DNA of 38,101 nt, taken from the IMG/VR virus record IMGVR_UViG_3300028326_000010, positions 1 through 38,101 of that record; one strand, given 5' to 3'. The notes under the pieces were generated by a model. That model had not been told where the DNA came from and searched no databases. It worked only from the letters and a program-made list of their open reading frames with translations. The translations under genes were made by a program, and so were the position numbers. Each line of letters opens with the position of its first letter. The first letter of the stretch is position 1. Below, piece after piece: positions 19,263-28,333 of the stretch. Source of the stretch: a virus (Duplodnaviria; Caudoviricetes).

Positions 19263-20089
19263 CTCTCTTCATTGGATGCCCGTCCGGAGAAGCGGACGAA
19301 GACACCACGGCCGCGTACTGGTTTTTCCTCTACCGCCACGGCCTGCTGCGCAAGGAATTTGGCCTGACTCTGGACATGGACGACGGGGTCAAGCTCTCCG
19401 ACGGCCTGGTGCTGCACTATGACGGCACCGTCTCCGACGGCCGGCTCATTGATGCCGTGGACGATTCCGGCGTGGCCGACCTGACCTTGACGGATGTGGA
19501 GAGCATCCAAGGCCACTTGCCCGGCACAAAGGCCCTGCACTTCAACGGCCGCACGTCCTATGCCGAGTCTCGTTACCATATCGAGGCCATCGAACTGACC
19601 ACTTTTTCGCTCTCGTGCTGGTTTCGGACCGTCGGCCTCATCCCGGGGACCGATTATGGGATGGACGGGAGGCTGATCGCCTATGCTCCGAAGGATATGT
19701 CATACAGCGCAATGATTGGAGATGGTATTCGTTATGGTTGGGTGCTCGAAAACGAAATGGCCGCAGAAGAAAGCCTCCATTTCGTTCCACCCGGTCTAAA
19801 TGCACCGAATAGGAACGCCTACCTTAATGGGGAGTGGCACCATGCCGTGGTGTTGTTTGGCCAGTACGATTCATACAAAATTTATGTTGACGCTGTTTTG
19901 CAAGAATACATTCAAGCCTTGGATTCGGCGTGGAACATCGATTACAGCGAATACGTCAACCACCTCTATCTTGGTTCTCTAGGATATTTTGATCCATATT
20001 GTTTTTTTTACGGCGACCTCGGCGATATCCGCATCTACAATAGACTCATCAACGAAGACGAAATCCAGGCGTTGTTCGAGACGACCTAG
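19259..20089 (+). CDS. LamG/concanavalin A-like domain virion protein
   Basis: ALHFNG, FSLSCWF, GEWHHAVV, KIYVD, FYGDLGDIRIYNRLINEDEI. Confidence 0.85.
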   Translation: MTLFIGCPSGEADEDTTAAYWFFLYRHGLLRKEFGLTLDMDDGVKLSDGLVLHYDGTVSDGRLIDAVDDSGVADLTLTDVESIQGHLPGTKALHFNGRTSYAESRYHIEAIELTTFSLSCWFRTVGLIPGTDYGMDGRLIAYAPKDMSYSAMIGDGIRYGWVLENEMAAEESLHFVPPGLNAPNRNAYLNGEWHHAVVLFGQYDSYKIYVDAVLQEYIQALDSAWNIDYSEYVNHLYLGSLGYFDPYCFFYGDLGDIRIYNRLINEDEIQALFETT

Positions 20090-20101
20090 AAGGGGAGATG
20101 T

Positions 20102-21100
20102 ATGATTGCCGCATCCGAAATCGTCATCCGCAAAAGCGAAAATGTCACCGAGACCTCGGCCAACGGCGGCCGCATGACCAAGACATCCGTGCTCGACAAC
20201 GGCAGTCAGAACTATTTCCCATCCTGGACCGCTGCCCAAATGAGCAACGGGGGCACGCGCTACCGCAAGTTCTTCGTGCACAACACCAACGACGACCTGA
20301 CACTGTCGTCGGCCGGCATCCATATGGTCTTGCCAACCCCGGCCGATGACCGGATCACACTGTTTGCCGGCACCCAGACCGATACCCAAGACGAAATTGA
20401 CAACTCGACCCAGTACGGCGCCGGCACGCTCCAATCGGCGGTCTCGGCCGGAGCCACGAGTTTCGATATCGTCCTGGAGGATGCAGGGCAGACCATTTTC
20501 CGATCTGGGGACACGATTTTTCTGGCCACGGTGGCCACAACCACCGACTCGGCCGGGCATCGGCAAATTTCGCAGTCCGAATACCACGAGGACGTAACCA
20601 TCTCCAAATCCGGCAGTGTCGTGACGGTCACCCTGGCCGCCGGCGACATGCTGGCCAACGCCTACGATGCCGGCAGCACGGTGGCATCGGTGTTGCCCCT
20701 GGGCGACATCGTGGCCGCCATCGGCACGGTGGCCAAGGTCACGAGCGCCGGCCTCCTCGATGCCGCTTCGATTACGGCGGACAATATCGGCAGTATCGAC
20801 CAGACCGTGACCCTGACATTCACGAGCGCCACGGCTTTCGTGGCCACCTCCGACGTCCTCGGCAGCCTTGGCTCAGGCTCCATTTCCGGCACGTTCGCGC
20901 CGACCAACCCCGATTACAGTAAGCCGTACCTGACCATCCCCCCGGCGGCCTGGGGCGGCACCTGGGTGGCCGGCAACACCGTCACGATCCCGACCACCCC
21001 GGCGGCCGGACCGTTTTGGGCCCAGGACATCGTGGAATCGGACGCAGCCTCCTACGGCTCCAATCTCCTGGACCTGCAAATCTACGGCGGATCGGCCTAG
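20102..21100 (+). CDS. Thr/Ser/Gly-rich virion structural protein
   Basis: GGGGAG RBS; NYFP....GGTRYRKFFVHN; paralogous to 23417. Confidence 0.7.
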   Translation: MIAASEIVIRKSENVTETSANGGRMTKTSVLDNGSQNYFPSWTAAQMSNGGTRYRKFFVHNTNDDLTLSSAGIHMVLPTPADDRITLFAGTQTDTQDEIDNSTQYGAGTLQSAVSAGATSFDIVLEDAGQTIFRSGDTIFLATVATTTDSAGHRQISQSEYHEDVTISKSGSVVTVTLAAGDMLANAYDAGSTVASVLPLGDIVAAIGTVAKVTSAGLLDAASITADNIGSIDQTVTLTFTSATAFVATSDVLGSLGSGSISGTFAPTNPDYSKPYLTIPPAAWGGTWVAGNTVTIPTTPAAGPFWAQDIVESDAASYGSNLLDLQIYGGSA

Positions 21101-21109
21101 GCGTAACCG

Positions 21110-22846
21110 ATGGCCACGATCACCCAACGGATAGCCGGCACCTACGATTTGCCGCTTTTCCGGCGCGTAGCTGGAAGCTACGTGTTACCCGTCGTCCGGC
21201 GGGTAGCCGGATCGTTCCTGGCGCCCGGCATCCTGCGCCGCGTGGCCGGCACCTTCGACCTCCCGGGAAAGGTGTTTTGTCGCGTGGCTGGCTCCTACGC
21301 CTTGCCGACCATTGTCTTCCGTCGTGTTGCCGGCTCCTATGCGTTGCTGGATTACACCCCGGTCTCGCGCCGGGTGGCCGGGCGCTACGCGCTGCCGTCT
21401 CTGACGCCGTCCGTGGCCGCCACCACCTGGAGCTGGTCCCTGGGCGACGACTACGACCTGGACGGCCTGACCCTGACCGGGGACCGTGATTCGTTCGCCT
21501 GGACCGTCGAACTGACCCTGGCCGACGAAGCCACCTATCTGGCCTGCGCGCCGGGGCAACGTCTTCTGATCACCCTGGCCGGCCAGGCCATGGCCCTGAT
21601 CCTCGAGTCGCGCACGCGCGAGGTCGGCTGCGGCACGGTCTCCTATACCGCCACCGGCCGCACCCTGAGCTGTCTCCTCGACACGCCCTACAGCGACACC
21701 GTGACCCGCACCTGGGCCCGGACCACGGCCCGGGCAGCGGCGGAGGCGTTGTGCGCGGCCGTCGAGCTGGACCTGTCCTGGGAGGTCTGTGACTGGACCA
21801 TCCCGACCGGACGCCTGACCGCCTCGGCCGAGACGCCGATTTCGATCCTGTCCCGCCTCGCCGCGGCCTGCGGCGCGGTGGTCCAGCCGACCCTGGTCGG
21901 CGGCGTGCGCGTCATCTACCGCTATCCCGTCGGCGTCAACGAGCTGGCCGACGTCACCCCGGCCGTGTCCCTGGATTTCGACCGGACCGTGGAGACCCTG
22001 TCCGAGGAATTTCAGGGCCAGCCCGGCTACGACGCCGTGACCGTGGTCGATGACCGGGCCGAGACCGCCGCCTATCTGTCCGTGACCACCGACGACAGCC
22101 GCAACGCCGGCCGCACCACGTTCCCGCCCGGCGAAGCCTGCTACATCCGCGTGTACCACGAGACGGATTATACCGTGGCCGTCACCTCGGGCACGGCCGA
22201 ACGCGTGGCCCAGGATGAGACCGAAAGCCTGTCCGCCACGGTGACCTTCGACGGCACCGACACCGCCGACTTGGAAGCCTTCGTCGCGTCCGTGGATGAC
22301 GTTATATGGTACGGCACGGACGGCGGCGAGGCTGTGCCCAACGGCGGCGCCTCCATCATTCTGGCCGGCGGCGCCGTCTTCGGCGTGGCCTTGATCACCT
22401 ACACGACCCGCTACGATGTCTGGCGCTACACCCCGGCCGCCCTGGGCGATACGTTTGCTGCGGCTATCCGAGTCGAGGCCGAGGACATCGTGTCCGACGA
22501 TACCGACATCGGCGGCCTGCGCCTGACCGTTTCGCGCGGGGATGGGCTTGTGCCGGCGCCGGACGAGTTGTCGGCTGCGCTGGCCTGCTCGCCGGCCCCG
22601 GCCACCCAGGCCGGGCGCAACTACCTCGACGAATACGGCCAATCCTCCCTGTCCGTGGACGTCAAATCCTGGCCCGAGGGCAATGAAACGTGGGCCCTGC
22701 CCGGGGATGTGGTGGAGGTCGCGGACACGGATCGCGGCGAGATCTGGCGCGGCACGGCCACGGCCGTGTCCCTGGAGCTGACCGTGGACGATACCGGTGC
22801 CCGGCTGCTCACCGAGACAACCACCGTCGAGAGGCCCATGCCATGA
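21110..22846 (+). CDS. Tail hub/baseplate-like protein with N-terminal RRVAGxY repeats
   Basis: ETPISILSRLAAACGAVV and PGDVVEV hub-like motifs; 578 aa. Confidence 0.65.
   Translation: MATITQRIAGTYDLPLFRRVAGSYVLPVVRRVAGSFLAPGILRRVAGTFDLPGKVFCRVAGSYALPTIVFRRVAGSYALLDYTPVSRRVAGRYALPSLTPSVAATTWSWSLGDDYDLDGLTLTGDRDSFAWTVELTLADEATYLACAPGQRLLITLAGQAMALILESRTREVGCGTVSYTATGRTLSCLLDTPYSDTVTRTWARTTARAAAEALCAAVELDLSWEVCDWTIPTGRLTASAETPISILSRLAAACGAVVQPTLVGGVRVIYRYPVGVNELADVTPAVSLDFDRTVETLSEEFQGQPGYDAVTVVDDRAETAAYLSVTTDDSRNAGRTTFPPGEACYIRVYHETDYTVAVTSGTAERVAQDETESLSATVTFDGTDTADLEAFVASVDDVIWYGTDGGEAVPNGGASIILAGGAVFGVALITYTTRYDVWRYTPAALGDTFAAAIRVEAEDIVSDDTDIGGLRLTVSRGDGLVPAPDELSAALACSPAPATQAGRNYLDEYGQSSLSVDVKSWPEGNETWALPGDVVEVADTDRGEIWRGTATAVSLELTVDDTGARLLTETTTVERPMP
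21125..21400 (+). repeat. Seven coding repeats (R/C/Q)R(V/I)AG(S/T/R)(Y/F)xLP
   Basis: Visible in the translation of 21110 and as degenerate cgcgtggccggc DNA repeats. Confidence 0.9.
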
Positions 22847-23076
22847 GCAATCCCCTGTCCGATCTGCGCCGGCTCGTAGCCCCGGGCGTGGCCCGCCGTT
22901 CGGGTGTCGTTACCGCCCTGGCCGGAGGCTTCGCCACGGTGACCTGGCCGAACGGCGGCACCGGGCAGGTGCTGTGCGGCATCAGCGTGGCCGTGGGCGA
23001 CCGGGTGTTGGTGGTGGGGGAGAGCGTGTCGGTCAAACTTTCGGCCACCACCGACCGGGCCGTCAAAATCAAGTGA
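22843..23076 (+). CDS. Small OB-fold spike-like tail protein
   Basis: 77 aa, GVVTA...VAVGDRVLV; ATGA overlap. Confidence 0.6.
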   Translation: MSNPLSDLRRLVAPGVARRSGVVTALAGGFATVTWPNGGTGQVLCGISVAVGDRVLVVGESVSVKLSATTDRAVKIK

Positions 23077-23085
23077 GGCAATGCC

Positions 23086-23412
23086 ATGGCGTGCAACACG
23101 ACCGTTGACCATTTCTACGTCGGCACCGTTGGCCTGGAGATCCTGATCGACACGGGCCTGGACCTGTCCACTGCCGCGTCCGTGGCGATCCTGGTCCGTA
23201 AATCAAACGGAATGACGGACACATGGACGGCCGAGCCCTATGCCGACGGCACGGCCGAACAAATCTGCGCCCGCTACCAGACCCAGTCTGGTGATTTGGA
23301 CGTGGCCGGTACCTACCAGGCCCATGCCCGGATCACCTTGGCCGACGGCTCGATTCTGACCGGCGCTCTGACCGAATTCTTGGTCGAAAACCTCTACGGG
23401 AAAAGGAGCTGA
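23086..23412 (+). CDS. BppU-N-like baseplate adaptor protein
   Basis: DLSTA..V.ILVRK..G, RYQTQSGDLDVAGTYQ pattern. Confidence 0.6.
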   Translation: MACNTTVDHFYVGTVGLEILIDTGLDLSTAASVAILVRKSNGMTDTWTAEPYADGTAEQICARYQTQSGDLDVAGTYQAHARITLADGSILTGALTEFLVENLYGKRS

Positions 23413-23416
23413 CACC

Positions 23417-23875
23417 ATGGCCGCGAGCTTGGAATTTCACCTGACCACGAACGGCCTGGGTGGTGCCGCGACAAGCACGGTGCTGTCCGCAACCGCCCTC
23501 AACAACCTCTTCGACAACGTCAGTCCGGACGAGGCCTCGGCCGGGGATGTCGAGTACCGCGCCCTGGACATCTACAACGACGGCGATGCCGTGGCCGAAG
23601 CCGTGACTGTGTACTGCCCAGCCACCACAAGCGAGGACACAGTGTTGCGTTTCGCCCTGGAGGCTTCGCCCATCGGTTCGACCACGGCTATCGCCGACGA
23701 GTCCACGGCTCCGTCGATTTCGGGCTCATTCGCGGACTACACGAGCGCCGCGCCGTTGTCCGTGCCGAGCATCCCGGCCGGCAGCTATGCGCGGTGCTGG
23801 CTCCAACGAAGCGTCAGCATGGGCGCCGGCAACCTGGCCCTGGACGGCACGACGCTGTCGGTCGACTATGCGTAG
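23417..23875 (+). CDS. Virion structural protein, paralog of 20102
   Basis: AAGGAG RBS; NNLFDNVS..E...GDVEYRALDIYN; WLQR. Confidence 0.7.
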   Translation: MAASLEFHLTTNGLGGAATSTVLSATALNNLFDNVSPDEASAGDVEYRALDIYNDGDAVAEAVTVYCPATTSEDTVLRFALEASPIGSTTAIADESTAPSISGSFADYTSAAPLSVPSIPAGSYARCWLQRSVSMGAGNLALDGTTLSVDYA

Positions 23876-24689
23876 CCCCTGGTTTGGCGAGGACAGCGCC
23901 TGGGAGGGCGAGGCCAGTTCCTGGCAACCGCGATTGGAGACTGTCCAGTCCGCGACCGCCTGGCGCATCCTGGCCCGTCTCGGCCAGCCGGTTACCTGGC
24001 GCATCAAGTCCCGGGCGCAACGCGATGTTTCCTGGCGCGTGCTGTCCGCCGTGGTCGCGGCCACGGCCTGGATGGTGCTTGCCCGGCGCACGCAAAATAT
24101 CTCCTGGCGACTGTTGGGCCGGGAGAGGAGGGCGCTTGGCTGGAGGCTGCTGGCCCGGGCCCAAGCCGGATCGAGTTGGCGTCTCCTGGCCCGGACGATC
24201 CGGACCGCGTCCTGGCGCATCCTGGTCCGCCGGCCCGCCGCCACGTCCTGGCGGCTGCTCACCCGCTTGGTCGCGCCGACCTCCTGGCGCATCCTGGCCC
24301 GCCGGTCCCGGCAAATAGCCTGGCGCATTCTGGGCGGCGCCCGTCTTTCGGTCGCCATTGCCTGGCGCGTCCTGGCCCGGTCCTCCACGGCTTGCGTCTG
24401 GCGGATCAAGGCGGCGCGCGCCAGGACGATATCCTGGCGTATCCTGGCCCGGTTTTCCCGATTCTGCGGCTGGCGCATCGGCGAGTTCGGCCCCCTGGGC
24501 GATACGGTCCTACGGCTGTCCGGTCCGATCGTCTGGCGGGTACGCCGGACATCCTGCCCGGCCGCCGCCCTGCGTCTCGATTCTTTTCCGGCCCTGGCCT
24601 GCCGACGTTGTTCGCCCCTGGCCGACAGCCTGGCCTTGCCCAGCCCCATTTCCCGCCAACTGCGCCTGTGTTCGCATATCCCGGAGTAG
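23868..24689 (+). CDS. Arg/Trp-rich 12-aa repeat protein
   Basis: About 15 copies of xx(S/A/T/G)WR(I/L/V)LAR; fills the gap between 23417 and the fibre gene. Confidence 0.7.
   Translation: MRSPWFGEDSAWEGEASSWQPRLETVQSATAWRILARLGQPVTWRIKSRAQRDVSWRVLSAVVAATAWMVLARRTQNISWRLLGRERRALGWRLLARAQAGSSWRLLARTIRTASWRILVRRPAATSWRLLTRLVAPTSWRILARRSRQIAWRILGGARLSVAIAWRVLARSSTACVWRIKAARARTISWRILARFSRFCGWRIGEFGPLGDTVLRLSGPIVWRVRRTSCPAAALRLDSFPALACRRCSPLADSLALPSPISRQLRLCSHIPE
23952..24485 (+). repeat. Degenerate 36-bp coding repeat (cctggcgcatcctggcccg core)
   Basis: Trp recurs every 12 residues, with one 14-residue unit. Confidence 0.9.
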
Positions 24690-24692
24690 CCC

Positions 24693-26765
24693 ATGGCCGC
24701 CAAACCCATTGTCGCCACCTTTGTTTCCGACGCCTCATTTACGGTCGTCACCGACCGCACGGCCGAATTTGTGGCCGGCGTCCGCGTCCTGGCCGACTGC
24801 GGCGCGGACGGCACATTCTACGGCACGGTCAGTTCCGCGAGCTACGCAAGTGGCACGGACCTGACCACGGTCACGTTGTCCCTGGATTCCGGGAGCCTGA
24901 CCGCCAACCTGACCGGGGTGCTCCACGGCAACGACGTTCCTGCCTCCCTGGTCAACCATGGCCACGGAAACCAGGCCGACGGCGGCGCGCTGCCCGATTT
25001 CATCCGGCGCGACAATTCCCGGGCCTTCACCCAGGGCTTTATCAGCGGCGAGGGCGCTTATACCGGCTTCAAGTTCACCGAGACCGGCGCGGATGTCGCC
25101 TCAAACGCCGGGAAATGGATCTTCCAGGTCGACGACGGCATGTTCTCCATGCTCACGGTGGACGACGCCGAGTCGGCCTTCAATTCCGCCCTGACCATCA
25201 ACCGCGACGGCGCCAGTCCTTCGGCCGTGACCATTGCCGCGCCGTATGTCGGCCTGGACGCGGACGATGTGGAGGCTGCCGGCAACATCGTCCCGCCCGC
25301 GAGCGACCCGGGCAGCCTCGGCACCTCCTCCCGGCCCTGGGGCGATGTGCGCACGGGTAAGCTTCTCGGCGTGGATGTCTCGGGGGGCACGGTCGATGCG
25401 TTGGTCACCAAGGCCTCGGCGGCCGAGGCGGTCACCGGCACCGACGCGACCAAGGCGGTCACGGCTGCGGCCGTGCGCCAAGCCGTGCTGTCCTGGGTTC
25501 GCGACAACCTCGGCAAGTTCCCGGGCATCATCCCCCCGTCGCTCAACCTGTTTTGCGGTGACGCCACGAGTGATGCCGCGCCGGTTGGTACCTTCGCCCG
25601 CTCGACCACGGGTGCGCGACTCGGGCAGGCGGGCCTGATCGAGACTGTGGCCGCCGGAGGTCCACGCCGGGAATGGGACAGCTCTGGGAATTTACTCGGC
25701 TGGCTGATAGAGAAAAGCGATACAAACAAAATTACATATAGTGAACAATTGGGAAACGCTGTATGGAAAGGTATTAATGCAACGGTATCTGTTGATTTAA
25801 CTGTGTCGCCAGATGGAAACCTAACAGCAGATAAAGTGGTTGATTCAACAGCCACTTCCGGCCATCTACTTCGTTACTCATTAAGTTTGTTAGCGTCAAC
25901 AAAATATACGTGCTCGTTTTTTGCAAAAAAAAGCGAGCTGACATCTTTAACAGTGTTATTTTATGATAATGGCAGTATATATTCATTACATGTAAATCTT
26001 GGGACAGGAGCTTCCGCCGCTGGTTCGGGTTCAATCACCAGTTTATTTTCAGTCGTAGAAAAATTATCAAACGGTTGGTATAAAATAAGTTTTTGTGTAG
26101 TATCAACAGGAAGCCCAACTGGATCATATATTGATTTTAGGTTGTCTAATACATGGCCAGTTACTTCAAATTTTGGTGCATCGTATACAGGAGACGGAGC
26201 ATCAGGTCTCTATCTTTGGGGTGTTCAGGTCGAGGCGGGAAACCTGCCGACTTCCTACATCCCAACAACGAGCGCAGCCGTAGCCCGGTCCTCCGATGTC
26301 TGGACAGTCCCCCTGGCCACCTCCTGGTTTAGCTCTATCGCCGGCACCTCTTTTGTGGCGGCCCGCACGCCTTCCGGTGCCCCATCTTCAGGCGCAATCC
26401 AGGTCCTGGCCCAGTACGACGACGACACGGCCAGCAACCGCATCCGCATCGTGCGGGATGAAAACCGCATCGTGCGCTGTATCGTGACGACGGCCGGGAC
26501 CGAGGTGGTGAACCTCGATCTCGGCACGGTGGCCGACCTCATCGCTTTCCGGGCGGCATTTTCCTGGTCGTCTTCCGGATTCTCAGCATCTCTCAATGGC
26601 GCTGCCTGCGTCACGGCCACGGCCGCCACGCTGCCGAGCGGATTGACCACACACCACATCGGCTCGGATTCGTCCGGGGCCAGCCAGTGGGGCGGCCATA
26701 TCCTCCATAGTGCCTATTTTCCGGTCGCGCTGTCCGATACGCAGTTGCAGGCAATCACGCTGTAG
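24693..26765 (+). CDS. Tail/spike fibre (receptor-binding) protein
   Basis: FARSTTG, GWLIE..TN, YLWGVQVEAG..PTSYIPT, C-terminal LamG-like part; AT-rich central domain. Confidence 0.8.
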   Translation: MAAKPIVATFVSDASFTVVTDRTAEFVAGVRVLADCGADGTFYGTVSSASYASGTDLTTVTLSLDSGSLTANLTGVLHGNDVPASLVNHGHGNQADGGALPDFIRRDNSRAFTQGFISGEGAYTGFKFTETGADVASNAGKWIFQVDDGMFSMLTVDDAESAFNSALTINRDGASPSAVTIAAPYVGLDADDVEAAGNIVPPASDPGSLGTSSRPWGDVRTGKLLGVDVSGGTVDALVTKASAAEAVTGTDATKAVTAAAVRQAVLSWVRDNLGKFPGIIPPSLNLFCGDATSDAAPVGTFARSTTGARLGQAGLIETVAAGGPRREWDSSGNLLGWLIEKSDTNKITYSEQLGNAVWKGINATVSVDLTVSPDGNLTADKVVDSTATSGHLLRYSLSLLASTKYTCSFFAKKSELTSLTVLFYDNGSIYSLHVNLGTGASAAGSGSITSLFSVVEKLSNGWYKISFCVVSTGSPTGSYIDFRLSNTWPVTSNFGASYTGDGASGLYLWGVQVEAGNLPTSYIPTTSAAVARSSDVWTVPLATSWFSSIAGTSFVAARTPSGAPSSGAIQVLAQYDDDTASNRIRIVRDENRIVRCIVTTAGTEVVNLDLGTVADLIAFRAAFSWSSSGFSASLNGAACVTATAATLPSGLTTHHIGSDSSGASQWGGHILHSAYFPVALSDTQLQAITL

Positions 26766-26774
26766 GGGGAGACC

Positions 26775-27458
26775 ATGCAGGACTTTTGCTTCAAAACGAC
26801 GGACCAGAGGACTCTCACGGCGGCCTTGGAGGCTCTGGGGTTGGTGGTGGAAGGACAGGTGGTCGGGGATTGGCTTTGGGTGGGCCAAGTGGTCAAGACG
26901 CCTGGCGTCTGTGCGGAGGACGGAACCGAGACCACCGCCCCGGTCTATTGTGACGGCGAGTACGCCGTTTCCCGGGCGACCGACGCGCAAGCCGCCGTGA
27001 TTGAGGCCGCGACCTGGCCGGATGGCGTGGAGTTAGTTGCCCCGCCTACAGGTATCCCTTTGTTCGGCGGCGAATGGCTGCAACCCGATCTGGCATCGCT
27101 CCAGGCCGAGGCCTGCGCCCGCATCGACGCAGCAGCCGAGGCCTTGCGCAATCAGGTCCTGACGCCTGGCTCGGGCCAGATGGCCGCCTATCAGGCCAAG
27201 GAAACGCAAGCGACGGCGTATTTGGCGGACGGCGATCCGACGGAATCCGAATACCCCGACCTCTACAACGAAGTCGGCATCACGGCGGAGACGGTGCACG
27301 AGGTGGCCATGGCCGTTCTGGCCGCGGCTGAAAAATGGCGCCTCTTCGGCCGCAAAATCGAACGTGCCCGGCTGGCGGCCAAGAAAGCCGTGATCGAGGC
27401 CGCGACGGCGGCGGCGATCCGGACCGCCGAAGCGGCCGTGGAGTGGCCGGCGGCGTAG
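26775..27458 (+). CDS. Tail fibre assembly/accessory protein
   Basis: Follows the fibre; IDAAAE..R, Y..KE.QA..Y, IE..R..AK motifs typical of fibre-associated proteins. Confidence 0.7.
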   Translation: MQDFCFKTTDQRTLTAALEALGLVVEGQVVGDWLWVGQVVKTPGVCAEDGTETTAPVYCDGEYAVSRATDAQAAVIEAATWPDGVELVAPPTGIPLFGGEWLQPDLASLQAEACARIDAAAEALRNQVLTPGSGQMAAYQAKETQATAYLADGDPTESEYPDLYNEVGITAETVHEVAMAVLAAAEKWRLFGRKIERARLAAKKAVIEAATAAAIRTAEAAVEWPAA

Positions 27459-27497
27459 GTGTCCTCCGCGAAGCCGCGATTTCAAATCGCACCTTTT

Positions 27498-27522
27498 GCC
27501 CCGGGAGACCGGGGCTTTTTTT
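27498..27522 (+). terminator. Rho-independent terminator of the late operon
   Basis: GCCCCGG-GAGA-CCGGGGC followed by T7. Confidence 0.9.
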
Positions 27523-27551
27523 AAATTATCTAAAAACATTAAATAAATATT

Positions 27552-27601
27552 TAGTGTGTTTTGAAATTTTATTTTGACAAAATTTCAAAACACACTATTC
27601 T
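27552..27601 (+). promoter_or_regulatory. Sigma70-like promoter embedded in a perfect 19-8-19 inverted repeat
   Basis: TAGTGTGTTTTGAAATTTT-ATTTTGAC-AAAATTTCAAAACACACTA; TTGACA at 27574, TATTCT at 27596 (16-bp spacer). Confidence 0.75.
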
Positions 27602-27676
27602 TTTTTCACGGGCGGGGGAAACATCCCGCCCACAACCCTGACCGGGGCGGGAAAACGCCCCGAACGGAGACAGAAA

Positions 27677-28231
27677 ATGGAAACCACGATCACCACCAAG
27701 CGCGGAGCATCCTTGCATGTGACGATCTCCGAAAATGGAGACATCGCCTTGGCGGAGTTTGTTTATTCTGGTTATCGCCCGGATGGCGTGATCTACGGCA
27801 AGATGGCTGACGGACGCCCGGTAGAGGCTGCGTTGGACAGCGAAAACAGTAAGACGTTTCTGGGAATTATTGCGATGGCGGCCACGATCCGCGAAGACGT
27901 GCTGGAATCTGCTATTCCTGGACTCCGTTCTCTCCGCGAGGCGCTCAACGCGGAAGAAGAATACCGCGAAGCCATCAACCAGATGATGGACGACGAAAGC
28001 AATGATGGCGTTTCCCCACCGACCAAGCCTTCTTCCGACTCCAGCGCACTAGCTACTGCATCCCCCCGCGCTGCCCTCTACCTCAAAGCCGAAAATTACT
28101 ACTACGCCAGCAACGATCGCAAAGTATCTGCCGGCAGAAAGGCCATGCAGATTTTGACCGAAGGTGGCAGTGAGGACGAGGCGCGCGCCGTGCTGGATAA
28201 TTGGCTGCCAGAAAGTGCTTATTGGGATTAA
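27677..28231 (+). CDS. Hypothetical protein, first gene of the accessory operon
   Basis: GGAG RBS, 184-aa ORF. Confidence 0.8.
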   Translation: METTITTKRGASLHVTISENGDIALAEFVYSGYRPDGVIYGKMADGRPVEAALDSENSKTFLGIIAMAATIREDVLESAIPGLRSLREALNAEEEYREAINQMMDDESNDGVSPPTKPSSDSSALATASPRAALYLKAENYYYASNDRKVSAGRKAMQILTEGGSEDEARAVLDNWLPESAYWD

Positions 28232-28333
28232 GTTTTTGGAGGGTCGGGTGGAGGCCCGGCCCTTTGCTCAACTCGCCCCGCATGCCGGGGCGGAATCCGG
28301 GGCGTGATATCGCACCGTTATGGAGCAAAAGAC

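Noticed and set aside
23952-24485. 36-bp periodic repeats as a possible CRISPR-like array
   Set aside because: Repeats are degenerate at synonymous positions, keep one reading frame, and lack fixed repeat/unique spacer structure or cas genes
24693-27458. Diversity-generating retroelement or invertible fibre cassette
   Set aside because: No reverse transcriptase, invertase, template/variable repeat pair or inverted crossover sites seen in the window
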